DNA of 64,000 nucleotides from a virus (Duplodnaviria > Heunggongvirae > Uroviricota > Caudoviricetes), in IMG/VR virus record IMGVR_UViG_3300020451_002055, one strand, 5' to 3'. Both the position numbers and the translations under genes were made by a program. The notes beneath the pieces were generated by a model. It was not told the DNA's origin. It did no database searches and saw nothing but the letters and a program-made list of their open reading frames with translations. This document shows, in pieces, positions 60,451 to 64,000 of this stretch (positions are counted from its first letter, which is position 1; every line of letters begins with the position of its first letter).

Positions 60451-60890
60451 AAATGGGGCCGCCCGGCAAATGCCCGGCGACCCCGAAATGGCCTTCAGCA
60501 GGATGTCGCTCCTGAGCTAGCTCCGGTTCCGACCAAGGTTCCGGTACTCAGACGGGCAGGAGCAGCACGCTCGATGCCAACCGCTCTGCTACCCACGACA
60601 TCTGGTCAACTGCTTTAGACCAAAACCTGGGACCGCCTTTCGGCGATCGCGGCTAGGCTTTCCCGTTCTTTGACCGCAAATTCCCGCCCGCCAGGTAACG
60701 TTACCTCCCGGCTGCGTAAGCCTTTCCAGGGTTTTTCTGACCTTGCGGTCAGTCTTCCGAAAGACCTTCTGCTAGCCGCTAAGCTAGCCAGGTCTACGGC
60801 AGGGTAGGGTTAACTGCCGTGGATCATCTTTCGCGCTCAACTGCCTCGATGTCGCTGCTCGGAATATCCTACCATTCCCGCGATCATGGC
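60451..60890 (-). ncRNA. Candidate large structured RNA ending in a terminator
   Basis: No minus-strand ORF; CTGACC-GCAA-GGTCAG, GATCGCC-GAAA-GGCGGTC, GTCTT-TCGG-AAGAC, CACGGCAG/CTGCCGTAG; 3' hairpin GGGGTCGCC/GGCGGCCCC+ATTTT. Confidence 0.6.
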
Positions 60891-60970
60891 CCAGACAGCC
60901 TGTTGCCTACTAAATGTCCGCCGTCTCTCCGGCTGTCACACCTTGATTGTTGACCCAGGTGCCTGGTCAA

Positions 60971-61066
60971 TGAGACGAGTCGGACTCGAACCGACTGAGA
61001 GACCGTATCAGGGCCAATCATCACCTGTCATCCAGACGCCATGGCGAACTGAACGACGATCGTCTC
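60971..61066 (-). ncRNA. tRNA-like element (96 nt) with aberrant D and anticodon arms
   Basis: Acceptor GAGACGA/TCGTCTC+A, T arm GTCGG-TTCGAGT-CCGAC. Confidence 0.6.
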
Positions 61067-61168
61067 ATCCGACAGTTGTCGGTCCCACCTTTCGGTGAGA
61101 GGGGCACGATGGCTGGCATCGTACGGTCCACCACCCATCTTTTCAAGGGAGATGGGAAACCCGGAACG

Positions 61169-61241
61169 TAGGCCCTGTCGGATTCGAACCGACGACCAAG
61201 GAATTATGAGTTCCCTGCTCTGACCGCTGAGCTAAGGGCCT
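61169..61241 (-). tRNA. tRNA with CAT anticodon, Ile2-like body
   Basis: GGGAA-CTCATAA-TTCCT; full cloverleaf; no CCA. Confidence 0.9.
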
Positions 61242-61324
61242 GAAGAGCGGGTTGACGGAGAGTATTTTCCTAGGCTTTATTCCTCTCGCACGCAAGTCGC
61301 TTGCTGATTTTTATCAACCCGCAA

Positions 61325-61397
61325 TGACCCCTGCTGGATTTGAACCAGCGACCTCTGCCTTGTCATGGCAGCGCTCTAGCCGCTGAGCTAAGGGGCC
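61325..61397 (-). tRNA. tRNA-Val(GAC)
   Basis: CTGCC-ATGACAA-GGCAG. Confidence 0.93.
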
Positions 61398-61421
61398 AGG
61401 TATTCAGTTGTGTATTCGGAA

Positions 61422-61493
61422 TCCGACCGGAAGGATTCGAACCTTCGACACGGCGATTATCGGTCGCCTGCTCTGCCACTGAGCTACGATCGG
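61422..61493 (-). tRNA. tRNA-Ile(GAT)
   Basis: GGCGA-CCGATAA-TCGCC. Confidence 0.93.
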
Positions 61494-61552
61494 GTTGATA
61501 ATCGGAATAATGTCGGGTTCGCTGTTCATGTTTCAATCTACTCCATCGGAAG

Positions 61553-61626
61553 TGGACGATCCCAGACTCGAACTGGGGGCCTTCTGGGTGTAAACCAGAC
61601 GCTCTGGCCAACTGAGCTAATCGTCC
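61553..61626 (-). tRNA. tRNA-Val(TAC)
   Basis: TCTGG-TTTACAC-CCAGA. Confidence 0.93.
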
Positions 61627-61746
61627 AAAGCCGCCTGCGGATACTGAGGGCAGTATATCTCGACGCATGAGACACCCGCAAGCGGTAGCATCTACATTCG
61701 TCCAAACTCTTTTCAGTCCTTCAGGATTCCACGAAAAGATGCCGAT

Positions 61747-61980
61747 TTATGCCGGAACCGTTTCATCCTGCATGGACTTCAGCTTGCCGTAGTAGCGGCG
61801 TATGTGCTTGGCGAAAGCATACAGATACTCTTCCTCCGGCGACAGTTCAAGAGCTTCGAGCTTGTCGCAGAGTGCCCGAGCCATCAAAGGATCGAGTACC
61901 AACTGTATCTTGTTGCCTCGTAGACGGTTGGGTTCATCGATATGGAAGGCTGGCTTCCGGGTTCGCTGCGTGTCAGACAT
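61747..61980 (-). CDS. Hypothetical protein
   Basis: 77 aa, GGAG RBS. Confidence 0.55.
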   Translation of the reverse strand: MSDTQRTRKPAFHIDEPNRLRGNKIQLVLDPLMARALCDKLEALELSPEEEYLYAFAKHIRRYYGKLKSMQDETVPA

Positions 61981-62035
61981 TGTTCACTCCGTAGTAGTTG
62001 CTGTTCGGCCATACTACTAAGGAGTTACTTCACTT

Positions 62036-62422
62036 TCAGACAACAACATCTCCGGCATCCACCAAAGCCTCCGCCTGAATCCAGTCGAGCGTCTCTTCAG
62101 GAACGTTGCTGGTCAGCGTCATCGCATCTCCCAACTCTCGCCGGAAAACAGTCAAACAGCAGCGGACTGCAAGGTCATAGGCATGATCATTCGTCTCGAC
62201 GATGCAGTTGTTGTCGCCAGCCAACGTAATGCTGAACGTGTCATGCGACTCGTCCTTGACTCCGTTGAAGGTGATCTCTGAAGAAGAGAAGACAGGCTCG
62301 CCTGTTCCGTCCCAACCAGCCAACTTGCAGCCGATGGCAGTAACGACCTCCTCGCAGCGACGAGAAAGAAGAGCGAAGCCATTCGGTGTTAGGGATGGGA
62401 TTTGAAAGCTGTAGCGAGCCAT
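62036..62422 (-). CDS. Hypothetical protein (paralog of 45059-45577)
   Basis: FNGVK..SHDTF...TN..AYDLAVR. Confidence 0.6.
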   Translation of the reverse strand: MARYSFQIPSLTPNGFALLSRRCEEVVTAIGCKLAGWDGTGEPVFSSSEITFNGVKDESHDTFSITLAGDNNCIVETNDHAYDLAVRCCLTVFRRELGDAMTLTSNVPEETLDWIQAEALVDAGDVVV

Positions 62423-62896
62423 TCATTCCTCCTTGACGCGCCACTCAGCGGCGACGGCTTCGTACCGATCGGTGTAACCGAACTGAGCGAAGTTGCCATC
62501 CGCCTGCTTATGAGCCCGAAGAGCAGCTTCGAAGGCCTGACCCTTCGGAGTCAAACCGACGACAAGGCTAACGGCTGAAGGCCGAACAATCAAGCCCTCC
62601 GCCTCAAGATCATGCAGGCATGACCAATCGTCATGGTCAGTCAGGAGAAGCGACTTGTTGGACTTGTCCTTGAAGTAGCCCTTCAGACGAGAGCCGTACT
62701 CGGGCTTCCAGAATTGGTTGCCCTGACGACGCATACGTCGAGGATCGAGTTCTTGCCCTTCAACGACGCATGTGCCGATGTAGCCGAGGAGAGACCAATG
62801 GTCCTTGCCCCATTGATCATGGGGGATGTAGCCTTCAGCTTTCATTGCCTCGGTATCGGTCAGATCCATCAGAGCTTGCACGGTTTGGGTTTGCAT
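62423..62896 (-). CDS. Hypothetical protein
   Basis: WGKDHWSLL...HDDWSCL. Confidence 0.6.
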   Translation of the reverse strand: MQTQTVQALMDLTDTEAMKAEGYIPHDQWGKDHWSLLGYIGTCVVEGQELDPRRMRRQGNQFWKPEYGSRLKGYFKDKSNKSLLLTDHDDWSCLHDLEAEGLIVRPSAVSLVVGLTPKGQAFEAALRAHKQADGNFAQFGYTDRYEAVAAEWRVKEE

Positions 62897-62931
62897 GGGC
62901 TACCCCGCATAACCGTCATATTCGGTGCAAA

Positions 62932-63014
62932 TGAGCCCGGCGGGACTCGAACCCGCAACGATCTCTCGATCCGCGGATTTTAAGTCCGCTGCTTTGCCAT
63001 TTTGCTACGGGCCC
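62932..63014 (-). tRNA. tRNA-Leu(TAA)
   Basis: GCGGA-CTTAAAA-TCCGC, long variable arm. Confidence 0.93.
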
Positions 63015-63029
63015 AGAAAGATGGGTGAA

Positions 63030-63104
63030 TGCTCCCGAACGGATTCGAACCGCCAACTTTCTGGTTCTGAACCAGACGCCTCTGCCAGGTTGGGCCACGG
63101 GAGC
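63030..63104 (-). tRNA. tRNA with Leu anticodon CAG but short variable loop
   Basis: TCTGG-TTCAGAA-CCAGA then 5-nt AAGTT loop. Confidence 0.85.
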
Positions 63105-63113
63105 GTGCCTGAA

Positions 63114-63196
63114 TGTCCGTAGCAGGATTCGAACCTGCACCCTCTTGCGAGGACCACCACCTCAAGGTGGCGCGTCTGCCGTTCCGCCATACGGAC
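63114..63196 (-). tRNA. tRNA-Leu(GAG)
   Basis: CCACC-TTGAGGT-GGTGG, long variable arm. Confidence 0.93.
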
Positions 63197-63364
63197 CTGA
63201 TGTTTAGGAGAACTCCTTGAAGAACTCCTCTGCCTCGATGTAGCTCTCGCAGACTCGCTCATGCTCTCCATGCTTGCATGTAACGCTTCCGCTTGAGTTC
63301 GAAAGGAACCAGTTTCTTGCTTCGTCGATGGATGTTACTGCCTGCATTCCGTCTCCTTTTCAAA

Positions 63365-63446
63365 TGGCCCCGCCCGGGGTCGAACCGGGACTCCTCTCGG
63401 AACCGGATTTTGAATCCGGCGCGTCTGCCTATTCCGCCACGAGGCC
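63365..63446 (-). tRNA. tRNA-Leu(CAA)
   Basis: CCGGA-TTCAAAA-TCCGG, long variable arm. Confidence 0.93.
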
Positions 63447-63458
63447 TTCAGTTGTAAA

Positions 63459-63567
63459 TGCGGCTGGCAGGATTCGAACCTACAACCCGCCATTTAGACG
63501 GGACCATGCAATCAAGGTGGCTTGCGCAGAACCTTGTCGGTGCGTCGGCCTGTTGCGCCACAGCCGC
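63459..63567 (-). ncRNA. tRNA-Leu-like element (109 nt) with expanded anticodon arm
   Basis: Acceptor GCGGCTG/CAGCCGC+A, Leu-type D arm, variable arm CCCGTC/GGCGGG, T arm GTAGG-TTCGAAT-CCTGC. Confidence 0.7.
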
Positions 63568-63577
63568 AGTCAGTAAG

Positions 63578-63659
63578 TAGCCCCGACAGGTCTCGAACCT
63601 GCACTCCCGAAGGAACAAGATCCTAAATCTTGCGCGTCTGCCAATTCCGCCACGGAGCC
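63578..63659 (-). tRNA. tRNA-Leu(TAG)
   Basis: CAAGA-TTTAGGA-TCTTG, long variable arm. Confidence 0.93.
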
Positions 63660-64000
63660 ATAAGAATGTCCTGAGCCCTGCACCATCGCTAGGGATGGGA
63701 GAAGGCCTTCAGGACGAGTATTCAGTTTTGAGTCGAGTTCTCTGTTCGCGAAGAAAGAGCGTTGCTGGGGTCTTTCCCCTCAGCCAAGCAACAGAGCGAG
63801 TTGTAAGGTCTCAACAGTCATTCTGGAATCCTTACGAAGAGTCATGATACTCAACATTCGTCATGCGTCAACTATTTCCTTCAGAAAAACACGCTTCCGA
63901 GGGAAAATAGTTTAGCCGGAAACGACTCCACCTGTATCGTCGAACAGAAGAGGTTCAATGGGGCGGCCTGTTTTGCGGGCGACGCGTGCCTTCCGAGCAG

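Larger units (their letters stand above)
27550..61141 (-). repeat. Dispersed element AAGATG(G/A)GTG-N6-22-CACCGA, about 29 copies
   Basis: CAC(C/T)CATCTT on + strand at 27564, 28210, 28762, 29134, 29969, 30690, 31025, 31560, 31930, 32553, 33108, 33719, 34040, 34503, 35618, 37029, 38244, 39065, 40477, 41244, 42213, 45015, 45911, 47005, 47839, 52685, 53691, 58850, 61132; mostly intergenic. Confidence 0.9.

Noticed and set aside
21421-60515. Long plus-strand ORFs (21421-22581, 33738-35213, 35337-36770, 47069-48199, 59721-60515)
   Set aside because: Antisense shadows of RBS-supported minus-strand genes in GC-rich DNA, with no protein motifs
1-64000. Stop-codon reassignment
   Set aside because: Recognisable genes are full length in the standard code and no suppressor-anticodon tRNA is seen

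Overview
This window looks like part of a large (jumbo-type) bacteriophage genome read in the standard code, with most genes on the minus strand. 0.1-3.6 kb: translation/RNA-repair block (TyrRS, ABC-type ATPase, receiver-like protein, RlaP-like nucleotidyltransferase, an odd tRNA). 8.3-10.9 kb: plus-strand pyruvyltransferase and GT4 glycosyltransferase. 11.4-15.8 kb: seven consecutive, otherwise unrelated genes all starting M-N-W-Y/F, carrying ADP-ribosyltransferase-like, ParB-like and GNAT domains. 18.6-26.2 kb: type I-C CRISPR-Cas (cas5-cas8c/cas11-cas7-cas3, no cas1/2/4 in the window) with a divergent 17-repeat array containing three repeat classes that keep the same hairpin plus 11-nt handle. 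27-56 kb: about 60 small, mostly unknown genes punctuated by about 29 copies of an AAGATGRGTG...CACCGA element. 56-57.3 kb and 60.4-60.9 kb: large ORF-poor structured RNA candidates, one a tandem duplicate with covarying stems. 61-63.7 kb: CCA-less tRNA cluster (Ile/Val group, Leu group) with atypical members. Best candidates for undescribed systems: the MNWY leader family, the structure-conserved CRISPR tail units, the cassette-like bipartite element and the ncRNAs. All calls were made by eye; no database search was run.
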